Positions 19,017 to 32,255 of a stretch of 64,000 bases of DNA are shown here, one piece after another. A program made the position numbers and the translations under genes. The stretch's first letter is position 1, and every line of letters begins with the position of its first letter. The DNA is from the human T2T-CHM13v2.0 reference genome, Homo sapiens. The notes under the pieces are model-generated. The model had not been told where the DNA came from. It made no database searches and was given only the letters and a program-made list of their open reading frames with translations. The stretch lies in NCBI RefSeq assembly GCF_009914755.1, contig NC_060931.1; one strand, written 5' to 3'.

Positions 19017-19420
19017 TGTTAGGAAGGCATTCAGCCGCAAGTAACATCACACGGAACCAGCACTGACTTAGGGAAAATCACACCCATAACAACAATTCCA
19101 GAGGTGAGCTCTTCAGGCTGCTGCAGCAGCTCAGCCCTGGCATCAGAGACCCAGACCCTTTCGATCTGTCTTCTCTGTCATCTTGGCAAGTTGGCTTGTT
19201 GCAATATGGTTATAAAGGGTTACAGTTCTAGGCATTGTGTCCATGTTCAAAGTAGGAAGAAGGGCAAACCTGTCATCATTGATGACTTTCCTTTTTATCA
19301 AATAGTAAAACCCTTTTCTGAAGCTCCAATAATCTTCCTCTTAAGTGTCATGTGTAGCCTTGTATCACATGGCTATCCCCCGCTAGCTGCAAGGGAGGCT
19401 GGGAAAGTGAGTATTTGGTT
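19017..19420. mobile_element. MLT1 (MLT1K/J-like) MaLR LTR
   Basis: ttcagccgcaagtaac... and ctagctgcaagggaggctgggaaagtgagtattt, characteristic of old MLT1 LTRs. Confidence 0.6.
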
Positions 19421-19859
19421 GGAAGAGGGAAAGGGAAAGGAGGGAAAGGAGCTGGGACTGGCTACTGGGAGAGCTCACCATCAGGGTCTGCCACACTCTT
19501 CCTTCCTCTCCTCCATGAAGTTCGGTTTTCTCATCCAGATACAAAAAACCTTTCCCCCTCTTGCTCCCAATGTACTACTTGTATCTTGATTTTAGCATAC
19601 ATATATTCTCATACATGGTAGCAACCAGTTAATTTTGTGTTTATCTTCCTTCGTAGACTAGAAGCTCCTGAAGAGCAGAGACCGTGCCTGGTTTAACTTT
19701 GCATTTCCTATAGCATCCAGCACTGTTCCTCAAACATAGCCTTTATAAAGATGTTTTGTTAACATTTCATGGATAATGATTTCAGTTTAAAAACTATACT
19801 TTTGTGTTGCTTGGTTGGAACTATTTGTACTATATTTCCTTTGTTAATGTTTTAGAATG

Positions 19860-20150
19860 TAGGCAGTTATTATAGCTGACGTTTGAGTTCTTGCTATTTG
19901 TCAAGCATGTGATAATACCTGTAAGAGCACAGCCCTGTAGGGACTCAATAAACACTAGCTATTTTCATGCCCTTCAAGCTTCATCACATTCCAGTGCAGT
20001 AGATGCCATCATTATGCTCGTTTTACAGATGGGACACCTGAGGATTCAGAGAGGTTAGTTTCCTCTCTCCAAACACCAAGTTGCAGAGCTGTAGTTTCAA
20101 TCCTGGTCCATCTGAATCTGAGATCCATGATTTTAACTATTAGTTACACT
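19860..20150 (-). mobile_element. MIR fragments
   Basis: ttttacagatgggacacctgaggattcagagaggttag. Confidence 0.65.
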
Positions 20151-20370
20151 ATCTCCAGACCAGACTATGTTTCCTTCCCTCCTCCAAGAACTGCAAGTTA
20201 ATGGAGGTTATGTTCTTGGGCATTGATTTATTTTTTCATACCTTTTTCATCTATTAGACAAGACATCAATTGATGCATTGGCCTGGATGACACCAAAGGA
20301 AACCATTTGTCCTTGTCAGCCTGCAACTGGCCTGCAGCAGTCTTGTCAGCTGTCATGCTCTGTGACCAGG

Positions 20371-20793
20371 TGTCTTAGTCCTTTTCCTGTTGCTTGTAAC
20401 AGAATACTGGAAACAGAGCGATTTATAAAGAAAAGGAATTTATTTCTTACAGTTTTGGAGGCTGAGAAGTCCAAAGTCAAGGGGCTGCACCTGGTGAGAA
20501 TCTTCTTTCTGGTGGGGACTCTTCAGAGTCCTGAGGTGGCACAGGACATCACATGGGGAGGGGTCTGAGTGTGCTAGCTCAGGTCTCCCTCCCTCTTCTT
20601 ATAGAGCCACTGGTTCCTCTCCCATGTTAGGCCATTAATCAATCCATTAATCCTTTAATGGATCAATTAATTAATGAGGACAGAGCCCTCATGACCCAAT
20701 CACCTCTTAAAGGCCCTGCCTCTCAAGACCGCCACATTGATGATTAAATTTCAACACGACTTTTGGAGGGGACAAGATATTCAAATCACAGTG
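20371..20793 (-). mobile_element. MST-type MaLR solo LTR with 5-bp TSD
   Basis: tgtcttagtcc...gaggctgagaagtccaa...gagccctcatgacccaatcacctcttaaaggccc...ttttggaggggaca; ccagg flanks both ends (20366-70, 20794-98). Confidence 0.88.
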
Positions 20794-22744
20794 CCAGGTA
20801 AGTCCCCTGAACAGGCCCAGAAAATCCATGCCCTGCAAAATGATCCTTTCCAAATCCACACCCTCAGACCAACACCTGGCCTGACTCTGGTCACATCAAG
20901 GCTCATCACTTCAGCTCCATTCATAGAAATGATCTTGGGTCTCTTTCCTCATTCTTTTGATCTTTGATTACACTTGATTCCTTACCCCCTTTGGCTTTGT
21001 TTCTGACAGTAGAATTTGGATTCTCTAGCCTGGTCCAAAAAACTCCTTAGAACATAGTTTTACTTGCCTTGGGTCTTCCTGTTCTTGGCTGCGTCAGGTA
21101 AAATTTGAGTTCAACTTGGCCCCAGAAGCTGTGGTCTCACCCTGGCCACATGGCCGGGCCTACTTTGGCCCTCTGTGATGGCAGACCTGAGACCAAGTAA
21201 AACTTCAGCCTCATAAAAATGTTCACTAGCTCTAAAAATACACACTGATTTAGGTGCAGCACTATTTTCCCCTACGAACAGCCAGCCCTATCCATTCTTA
21301 GACTTTATTATTAAAACTTAACTGTCTGTACACAATGTCACATATGTGAATGAGAAGCCAACTATGTGGATATCCTCAATGTTTTGTAATCCAAATATTT
21401 GGCTCTGAGAGAACCCTGGCATCTGTGTTCATTAAACATGCAGACACCCAAACATTTGAATGAAGAATGAAAATTCAGCAAATACAGGGGAAAATGGCAT
21501 TTATAAAGAGAACAGTTGAATGGCTGACTAGTGTACAGGCTGTTTCAGACTGGCGCAGACAGAATCTCAGCAGAGACTTCAATTAAAGACTAATCCAAGT
21601 CAGATGAAGTGAAAATAAGGGGCAGTCTAACACTCTTCTCTCTGGCTCACTTCTTTGCTTGCTTTTTTCCAACTTCTGGACTCAGAGGCATGTGTCAACT
21701 TGCAGGGCCTCAGTAATCTGCTTTCTCAGCTTTGGACTGTTTTAGAAGGCAAAACAACCCCCTTGTTCCAACATACCACAGCTACTTAGATGTGGAAATT
21801 TAACCTTCTTAAGATCAAAATCCCCTTAAACACCTTGTCTATTACTATATTGGAAAGAGTATGACCTAAGAGTTAGATTGCTCTAAGCAGGCTAGCTAAA
21901 AAGATCTCATCCATATTGTACCTATTCTAAAAAAGACGAGACCTTGAATAATTCCCAGGAATAAGTGCATTTGGTCTGAAGTAGATACACCAGGAACTCC
22001 TGAACAAGGGAGGACTGTTTTGTAATTTTCAGAGTCATCACTGCCTTCACGAGGCATTAGAAAGAGAAAGGACTCTGGCATTGGACGGGCCTGGACCCAA
22101 ATCTTAGGTCTTCCCAGTGATGGGACTTTTCTCTCTGGGCCTGTTTTGCTTTGTTTTGCTTTTATTTGTTTATGTACTAGTTGCCCTTCTGGTTGTTGTG
22201 AGGATTAAATGAGATAAGGTATATGGTTAGTTCTTTTCTGTGTCAAGCATATTCTCTTCCTATGTACCAACCCCTCATCCCTACCCTGTGCAACATTCAT
22301 TCTTCACGCCAGTTGTATTTTTCTTGTCCACAGTTTAGAAAGTAACAGATGGAAGACACAGCACAGCAGAATGGCAGATTCATGTTCATATAACATTATA
22401 TGAAAAACTCACACGTTTTCTATTGAGGTAGGCCATGGGCTTTGATTCTTTCTGCCCATTCTCTTCCTTTTCATTCCACTGCTAGATAAATTAGGTCACC
22501 CAGAAAGCACACTGTTCACCTAAAACATCAACACACCCTATTTCCTTTGAACATCAGAATCAAAGAAAAGCAAACAAGCATACCAAAGAAACCCATCGTG
22601 GGGACTGGGAAGATCTTGGCTGCCTCTGAAAGGCTTGGATCCAAGCCCTTCATTCCACTTTCAGTAGGTTAGGGGAGCTTTCAAGGACAAGTTCCACCCT
22701 CAGTCTCCTACAGGACAGTGCCACCTGCCTTCAAAACCCTGCAG

Positions 22745-22747
22745 TTT

Positions 22748-22818
<71 letters not shown>

Positions 22819-23100
22819 AAGGCAGAATCTCACTCTGTTGCCCAGACTGGAGTGCAGTGGTGTAATCTAAACTCACTGCAAGCTCCACCTACTGGGTTCA
22901 AATGAGTCTTTGGCCTCAGCCTCCCGAGCAGCTGGGACCACAGGCATGCACCACCACACCCGGCTAATTTTTGTATTTTTAGTAGAGATGGAGTTTTGCC
23001 ATGTTGTCCAGGCTGGTCTAGAACTCCTGACCTCAGGTGATCCGCCTACCTCAGCCTCCCAAAGTGCTGGGATTACAGGTGTGAGCCACCACGCCTGGCC
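22745..23100 (-). mobile_element. Alu whose tail has become a (TTTC)~18 microsatellite
   Basis: TTTC run at 22746-22817 abuts the Alu 3' end; TSD aaccct(g/t)cagttttctt. Confidence 0.94.
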
Positions 23101-23272
23101 AGAACCCTTCAGTTTTCTTTAACACTTCGGAAGTTGATGATCACCATCCATCTCAGCTGCTGGGGACTCCCCAGCTTCTTCCACAAACATTTGGCATGTG
23201 CCAACCATGTGCTCTCCTTGCAGTCAGGCACCTCTCTGGTGTGGTGTTTCCAGGTTAGTGGATCCAACGCTA

Positions 23273-23354
23273 TTAAGTTGGTGCAAGAGTAATTGGTTTG
23301 TTCTACAAATACTTTTAATGGCAAAAACCACAATTACTTTTAGCACCAAACTAA
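23273..23354. mobile_element. MADE1 (Hsmar1-derived MITE)
   Basis: TA-flanked ~80-bp palindrome ttaagttggtgcaagagtaattg...aatggcaaaaaccacaattacttttagcaccaaactaa, matching the MADE1 consensus as I recall it. Confidence 0.9.
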
Positions 23355-25159
23355 TAGTTATACCACAATGATTTTGTTAGCCTTAGGCAGAGGGGTGTCT
23401 TAAATTACTTGCATTTAGACGTTGCCAAAATAGTAAAATTATTTCAATAGCCTAAGAATAAGTTCAGGGTCCTTGAGCCTCCACAATGTAAATAAAAGGT
23501 TTTTTTCTGATCGCTTGTAAGTGGCAAAATAAATAGTCCTCTGGCACTCTGCAGTATTTAGAAGCTGTTTGACTGGAGGCAAACATACACAGACTGGTTT
23601 GCTCTTCGGATAGGGAAAGTCTTTCTCTCTTCCTCACCCCATGTTTCTCCCTTGCCTCTTCCACATGTTCAGAAGCATGGGAGAGCAACCTGCCCTTCCC
23701 TCTCTTAGCTTCTCTGCAGGATGGCGGAGTGGCTTGTCTAGTTGGTGAAATGGGAGAGGGGCTCTGAGCACGTGCAGGGCAGCACCTTCTCGGCTAAGCA
23801 CAAATGCTAAGTCAACACGATTTGCTCTATACAGCATTTTCCAAATTCGCCTGTGCTGGAATTTATGTTTTCTCTGCTCATTGTCTGAATTTTACATAAG
23901 CCAGCTATCAGCAGGGACCTACCAAGGTCACAGTAAATAGCTAAACTTGGCTTGAACCTACAGTTTCTTCCCACTCTGGGGATAGAGAGGGGCTGATGTA
24001 GTCAGGGTCACTGCAGCCTCCAGGACCCCAAGTCTTTGCAGGTAGTCTCTGTCCCACATCACAGCCACCCAGATGTGACCACAGCTGCTTCTGAAGTCGC
24101 CAGAAAGTCCCATTCACCCCAGTCACAGCCGGGGGTTGAGTATGTTTCCTTGCAGAGAGGGGCATTCCGCCTCTCTAGGCAGCTTCCCGTTACCTCGCTG
24201 ACACCCCCCTTCACCTTCCTGTCTTTCTTTTCACCTCTTTCCTCCCACCCATCCACCCTGCCTCCATACCAACCACGGGAAGCCCAGGCCATGCTCTCCT
24301 CACAGCCCTTGTGCCCACCACGCCCATGCCCCTCAAGGGCTCACTATTTAACCCTAGTACTTCCCAAGTAACCCTTCCAACAAAGGAGTTTCCTCTCAAA
24401 GAGGAATTTTGGTGGCAGCTATTTCAGATGGTATTTTTTCATCCCCAGGACCGCTTGTACTGCCTTTATGGTACGTAGTTTACCCACAGCACATCTCCCT
24501 GTGGCCAGGGACAGCATGGAACCTCATCACTACTTGTTGCTGCCCACAGGGAAATGTCCCCACTGATTTCCGCTCAGTTATCACTCAGTCAGGGACTCAG
24601 CTTTCCTTCGCGGTCCCTTACCCAGGTTCCTGACCCGAAGGTTAGGGGGACGTACACGTGTCCGGGACGTTGTCTACAGGAGAACTTGGCAGAGGCTTCT
24701 GTGGGGGCAGCTCACCCTCCTTGCTGGACTTCTCTGACAGAGGAACCTTCTTTCTTCTGCTTAGGGTGCTCCTCATCCTTCTGGAATCCAGACCATCCTC
24801 CACTCCTGTTTTCAGTGGCCACCATCTTTTCTCTCTCCTTCCTCAACCCTCTGAGGAGAAAAGTATTTGTGTTTCACTGAAGTGGAAGTGAGTGTTTTCT
24901 TTGGACCTTTGTTTCTGCATTGGGGTGTAGTCTGGGGAAGAGAAAATGGCCATGGGGTATAGGTAACAGAGAAGAGGGGCAAGAAATATGCACACAGCCA
25001 TGTAAGGTAAGGGTTCACAGGCTGTACACTGTGCAAATGCGGGAGTCCCATTCACACAGTGATATGACATGAAAGTGGATTCACAACCTGATGAAAATGC
25101 CACCTTTGAGCTCTGCCTTCTCTCAATCAAGGGCAGTGTGGACACATAGAGAGAGGAAC

Positions 25160-25368
25160 GTGCTTTGAGTCTGAGAGATTCTGATTTGAGTCACCCCAGC
25201 TATGTTACTATCTCACCATATAGTCCTAGACAACTCCCTTAACATCTCAGAGCCCCAGTTTCCTTATTTATAAAAGGACAGCAATAGCGCCCCCTTTACA
25301 GAGTTGCTGTGAGGGTGAAATGAGATCTTTTGTAGTTGCCTGGCATGTAGTAGGTGCTCAATAAATGT
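25160..25368 (+). mobile_element. MIR
   Basis: ccttaacatctcagagccccagtttccttatttataaaa...tgcctggcatgtagtaggtgctcaataaatg. Confidence 0.8.
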
Positions 25369-28300
25369 CATTTCCCCAGAAGCATTGTCCTGGTTGAAGG
25401 AGTGTTTGCCAATTTCACTACTGGCCCTTTTCCAGTGAAAATATTCAGGGTCTTTCCGTAGATGGTGAAGGAATGTCTGTTGGAGGCTGAAGAAGATACA
25501 AGTATTCTTCTTACAGCATAATTGAAGAAAATAATGAATTTATCAAGATACATGGCCAGTTGAGGCATCCCAGAAAGTTGAGTTTTAACAACAACTAAGA
25601 CAACGTATAGAGCACGAAATGTTAGGCACAGTTTTAAGCCTCTTCCATGTATTATTGTGCCATTGAAAATGGACCCTTCTGGGACACAGCATTCAAGACT
25701 CTGGGATTTTGTGTCTTTGTAAAAGGGAGAGAAGATGTCTTTTTATTTATTTATTTTGAGAAGATGTCTTTTCTTTGCTTCATATCCACCCTCCTGGCAT
25801 TGTCTGGTACATTATATGTCTTTGCGTCCCCACATCTGGCCTGTTCCTATCAGCATTCTCTCTCTTTTGAGCAGTTCCTTATCTCTGAGCAATGAACTGA
25901 GCCATTTCCCAAAGATGGGCATAATCCGTGGGTCTCCTGCGTAGGCGGGAGCCAGCTTGTACTGGCTGTGGAGAGCTGACGGGGGCAGCTTTTCCCAGCT
26001 CTTCAGCAATGAGGTCTCGCTAGTCCTTGAAATCAGCCACCATGCGAGAGTTTGCATCAGGGAAATCAGCAAATGCTACCCATCGAGACCACTCCCTCCC
26101 GGGTAGCAACACCGTGGCTGGCCCCACACATTGGGAAGAAAAGCTCAGCAGGAGGTTTCAAACTTGGATGGAAGAGCTGGTAGAAAACCTTTGTTTCATA
26201 GACATGCTTTAAAGGTGGAATTTCAGGTAGGAAGTCTTTCTGCATCTATTAAACTCAAAATTGAGGAAGAGAAGTAACAGGTCTTCAAAAACTAGGCTGA
26301 AAGATGTCCTCCGCGGACCAGGTACATCTTTAGTATAACAATCGTGGCTGGCAACAGCTTAACACGCTCAGGGACATCTTCATGTTTCTCATAATGCAAC
26401 GTTTCAGGAAACTCTGGAAAGTAAACACGAGGTCACAGATTCAGTTCTGGTGAACTAAAACTCAAAAAAATGGTTCAGCATATCCTGAACTCAGTGTTTG
26501 TACACAAGATGGCGCTCTCTTCTTAGGAGAAGACAATTGGAACACTTGCTAACCCCTGAACTCTCTTTGCATGTTGTGATCGATCGCATTGGTGCAATTG
26601 GTGTGAGCTGAGCAATATTAAGGTCAAAATCATTGGCTTGATGCCTTATAAATGCATTTCTGTGAATATACGAGTTAACACTAATTATTTCCATTCCTGG
26701 GGAGGGGAAGGGTAGGAGAAAAGACTAAGCCAACTGCAAACCCCCTTGCTGGTGAGTCTTCTGTTCACAGACAGAGAGGAAATTAGAACTGATCTCTGTG
26801 TTCACATAAGTGGCCAAAGAGTCCTTAGTCTCCCAATGGGAGACAAAGCTGGGTGTCCAAATTCCTCTGTAGGACCCTGCATCTGAATTCACGGGCCGCC
26901 TCTCCCCTAACCCCCGCCCCACCGTGCCCCTCATCCCTACAGGTCGTTTGCTATACATCACCAGTTCTGTAAATTACAGACACAGTCCCTGTCCCTCTTC
27001 CAACTTGGCACAGATTCAGGCACTGACCAATCTACTTTAGGTGCCCTGTCTTCTCCCAGCCCTGGCTAACTTGCTGGCTCTGGAATACCCATCTTCTCTG
27101 GCAGTTCACCATATCTGAGTGCCCCAGCTCAAAGCCTAGCCTTTTCCTTTGGCCCATTTTGGTCACAGATGCCAGCTTTCACCCTCTAACCCAGACTGGA
27201 ACAATGGTCTTAGAGGCCACTTGCCCTATGGCCTGGCTAGAGGTCCCTCCAGCCATCACCTCTGGTATTGTCTGCTGGGTTTTCCGCTGATTGTGGTCCC
27301 TCAGGCTCTTTGTCCTGTTTCTGAGTGCAGCCCTGCTCTGGCAGTGTGCCCGGGAGACCACTTCCACGTGCTTGGCTCCTGCTGTCCTTGTTGCCAACTA
27401 TTCTTGGCACCTGGACATTTATCGTGCTGTTCCCCAAGTCCTTTGCTCCGGGTGATTGCACTCCAGGTTGTTTCTCTGCCTCGCTGAGAAATGAAGAGCC
27501 CTTCCTAAACCTCCCAACTCTGCTCTCAGCACCGCACCCTCCATTCAGTAGGAACCGTCTTGGGAAGTGGACTCTTGGGGGTTTTGTGAACTAGCCCTCC
27601 TGTCTCTTTGTTAAGTTGTGAGGAGGCTGCAGACATCCTGTGCATGTTAGATTAGTCCACATTTCAGAGCCAGGAGGAACAAGAAACATGATGGCCTCAT
27701 AGTCTAGCCTTTGCAGACTTTGCCAATGACATGGGTAGGTTGATCCTGCCTCACCTCATCCCGGCTGGTCCTGATCAAGTCCTCCTGCCCCCAGCTGAAA
27801 TCTCACTGTGCTAACTTCAAGGGAACGATCATGTTACGACACCAGGATTTCTTGCTTCCCATCTATTCTTTTTCTTCCTTACGTTTTAAGTATTTCTAGA
27901 GCTGGAGAGGCCCAAGAAGTCAAGTGAGAGTTTATTTAAGGTGAGCAGATCATATTTGAATGCAGAAGGGAAAGATCTCGTTGGTAGGGAAAACAAAAGT
28001 ATTTGTGATTGCTTGCCGTGGAGAGCAAAAAAGCCAGGGCTTTCAGCCATTCATTGCCCAAAATCACAGCACTCACAGGAGTAGAAAAGGTCAGAATAAG
28101 CCATGGGGCCAGTCTGTGACTCACCATTTCTTTTGAAACCAAAGGTTCACTTCTCTGGAGACTAATTCTGTTCTTACTTTCCTAATTCTACCTTGGAGAG
28201 TTCCTTCCTCAGTCCTAGGCTTTGATCTGTTCTTGGAATTTCAATCTTTTCTCTTTCAGGCACTGTGACAAATTGATGTCATTCATATCCCACACCAATG

Positions 28301-28379
28301 GTCTCTCTATACCTATGCCTTTTGCCCTGTAACCTTGCGGTCCCTGCCTATTCTGACTCTGGGACTTACTGTGGTCAAT

Positions 28380-28710
28380 GGGACAAGAGCAAACTGGATA
28401 CAAATTTGGGCTTGTTTGCTTCTCTCTTTGTCATCAACTCCTGCCACCTTATGAGAACAAGCCTGGGCTATCCTCCTGGAGGATGAGGGATCATATGGAA
28501 CAGAGCTGAGTCATTCTAGCTTGAGGTAGTCTTAGACCAGCTGACCCCTAGCTGACCTGCCAGACATGTGAGTGTGAGCCTGCTCAGATCAATAGGATAA
28601 CCCAGCCAATCCACAGGCTCATGAGCAAACATACATCTTTATTGTTGTGTTCCACTGAGGTTTTGTGGTTGTCTGTTATGGAACAATGTTGCGGCAATAG
28701 ATAACTTATA
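28380..28710 (+). mobile_element. MLT1 (MLT1H-like) LTR fragment
   Basis: gagaacaagcctgggcta...ccactgaggttttgtggttg...gcaatagataact resembles an MLT1 3' end. Confidence 0.62.
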
Positions 28711-29636
28711 GTGGAAAAGAATGGGAGGACCATAGAAGGTTTCTTACCCCTGAGATTCTGGGGGTGATTAAGTTCTTTCTTCACCTCTCTGTAGGCTAGT
28801 AGGAGTAGATTGGCAAAGTGCTCAGAGAGTCTGAGGACCCATTTTTATTAAAAGAGCACAAAAGATCATAGCTGCTTGAGCCAGATGTATGTGTGGGAGT
28901 GGGATCTATCTGGATATGGGGATGGATGTTTGTAATCCTCACTTGGGCTCCATGATTGACTCCTGGTAACTAAACTATATTTTATTTATTTAGTTGAAGA
29001 AGTAAACACCTTCTGCATGTGGGGCACACTTGTAGACTTTGGGCTTGTCATGTGTGACACAACACCTGCCCACATGGCACTACAGTCCAACAATCGGAAC
29101 TTCATCACTTGGATTACTACGATCATATTAATAATGGAAAAGAACTCTTTAACTTGTTTCCAGTCCAATCCATCCTGCCCACTACTGCCAGATTTATTTG
29201 CCCCAAATCCCAATTCACTTCCAAACTTTTCCTTCTCTGCTCAAGGGTGTATAATGGTTCCCCATGGCCTTTTGGGCTAAGCCTAAACTCATTCTGGTAT
29301 TTTAGAAACCTTATAATCTAGCTCATCTTGGCTATTCAGGCCATCTTCCACTATTTTCTGTGGCCGTAACAGGCTCTGTGCTTTTCCCTGTGCAGGTACC
29401 TTGCTCTTGTGTCCCTCCCTACCTCCCCCACCTCAGCTCTGCACCAGACCTGTGGAGAGCCTACGTATCCTTCAAGTTTCAACTCAGACCTCACCTTGTC
29501 CATAAAGCCTCCTTAGTAACTCTAGAAGATGTTGATGTTTGCCCATTTTGATGACCTATAATACTGGGTCATTCTCCAGTGGGCGAAAGCCATTGGTGGA
29601 GAATTTACATGAATCATCAATAGACTAATCAATTGA

Positions 29637-29930
29637 GGTCAGGCATGGTGGCTCACATCTGTAATCCCAGTGCTTTGGAAGCCTCAGGGAGAGGGATGCT
29701 TGAGGCCACAAGTTCAAGACCAGCCTGGGCAACATAGTGAAACCCCATCTCCATAAAAAATAAAAAAATTATCCAGGCTTGATGGCACATGGTTGTAGTC
29801 CCAGTTATATGGGAAGCTGAGGTGAGAGGATTCATTGAGTCTAGGAGTTGGAGGCTGCAGTGAACCATGATTGTGCCACTGCACTCCAGCCTGGGCAACA
29901 GAGTGAGACCCTGTCTCTAAGAAAAACCAA
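29637..29930 (+). mobile_element. AluJ-like
   Basis: gcttgaggccacaagttcaagaccagcctgggcaacatagtga...ggaggctgcagtga. Confidence 0.93.
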
Positions 29931-30387
29931 AGAATGATCGATACAAAACCTCCCTTGTACCTCAGGGAAGGGTTCTTAAGGCATATGTGGTCTTTTTCTC
30001 ATTCTGCAAGCCTAAAGAAGAATAAGGAAAGGAAGTAAACACTATTCTGTATAATAATATGATTCTCTAACCTCACGGATGGATAGAGATGACACCTCAA
30101 AAATTATGAAAGTTAGAAAAATATTTCCTTCCTAGCAGAAGCTACTGCTCCTGAGAATTAATGTTTGTGCACATGTGTGTGTCTGTGTGCGTGTACCTGC
30201 GTGCATGTGTGTGAATTGGCCTATTCCAACAGGTCCAACAGTTAAGGGACAATCCTGCCCATAACCCATTCAGGTGAGAGATCACAAAGGCAGTCTGGCC
30301 TAGGAGATCCCTCTTACCCACTGGGAAAGTAGGAATTCCAAAGCGGTTCCCACTGGACTGCTCTGTGGGATTTGGTGTGTTAATGCT

Positions 30388-31091
<704 letters not shown>

Positions 31092-31944
31092 ATGGCTGTC
31101 ACAATTATCTAGAATTCCCGAGAGTCTCCTCCAGACGAAGTGATTTAGACTTGGGAAGTGAATTAAGGGGAGAAGGAAGATGATGGTAGACACCGAGGTC
31201 CCTTTTGGTGAACAGTTTGTTTTTCCCAAAGGCAAATAGAGATTCCAGTTTGGGAGTTTTGATGAAAGGCAATGGTCTGAGGAGAGATACAGGAATTCTG
31301 GGTCAAGGGTTCCAGGTGGGTAATGAAGGGGTACAATTCAGGGGCACCTATGTGGAGGTACTCATATTTTAGATGCTCTCCTTTTGGAGCCTGGGAAAGT
31401 CCTATTTACTTGGTGCTCAGCTTTATCCCTTTCCCTCATGTAGACGTTGAGTTCATTCTTTTAACTGACCCAGTTCTTGTGAGACGTAGCCCTGCGTGGC
31501 CTGGCATGGAGAAAGTGGGGAGATGGATGGTCAGAATGGAGGGTTATGAATGTAGCTCAGCATTCACAGGGAGTTGCAGTTTCTTTAATTTTTAGCTTTA
31601 TGATTTTACTTCAGTGAAAATCTAAAACTGTTAATCTAAGATCTTCTGACTAGCCATTCTTTAACCAAAATTTGTCATAATATTTTTGTGCTTGCATTTG
31701 TACTTTTGTGCCCAAATCCCATTTGTACCAGGTAAAAGACAAGAAATCACAGTGGCTGCACGGATGAAGCTTTGGAGTTTCAGATAAGGAGATGAGGTAG
31801 AACTTTGTCATCTCGTAGCTTACTGTGGTGCCGGGATGCTGAACACCAAAGGATCTGCACCATTGCAGTTTCACGTACAAATAGATACACTGTGTGGCTC
31901 GACTGTACTTTGCAACTTGCAGTTCATTAAAAATAAATATAGGA

Positions 31945-32255
<311 letters not shown>

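Noticed and set aside
24622-24673. Minus-strand peptide VPLTFGSGTW followed by gtaagg, resembling an Ig/TCR J-segment FGxGT motif
   Set aside because: No heptamer-spacer-nonamer RSS upstream, no xLxV after FGxGT and no neighbouring J cluster; most likely coincidence.
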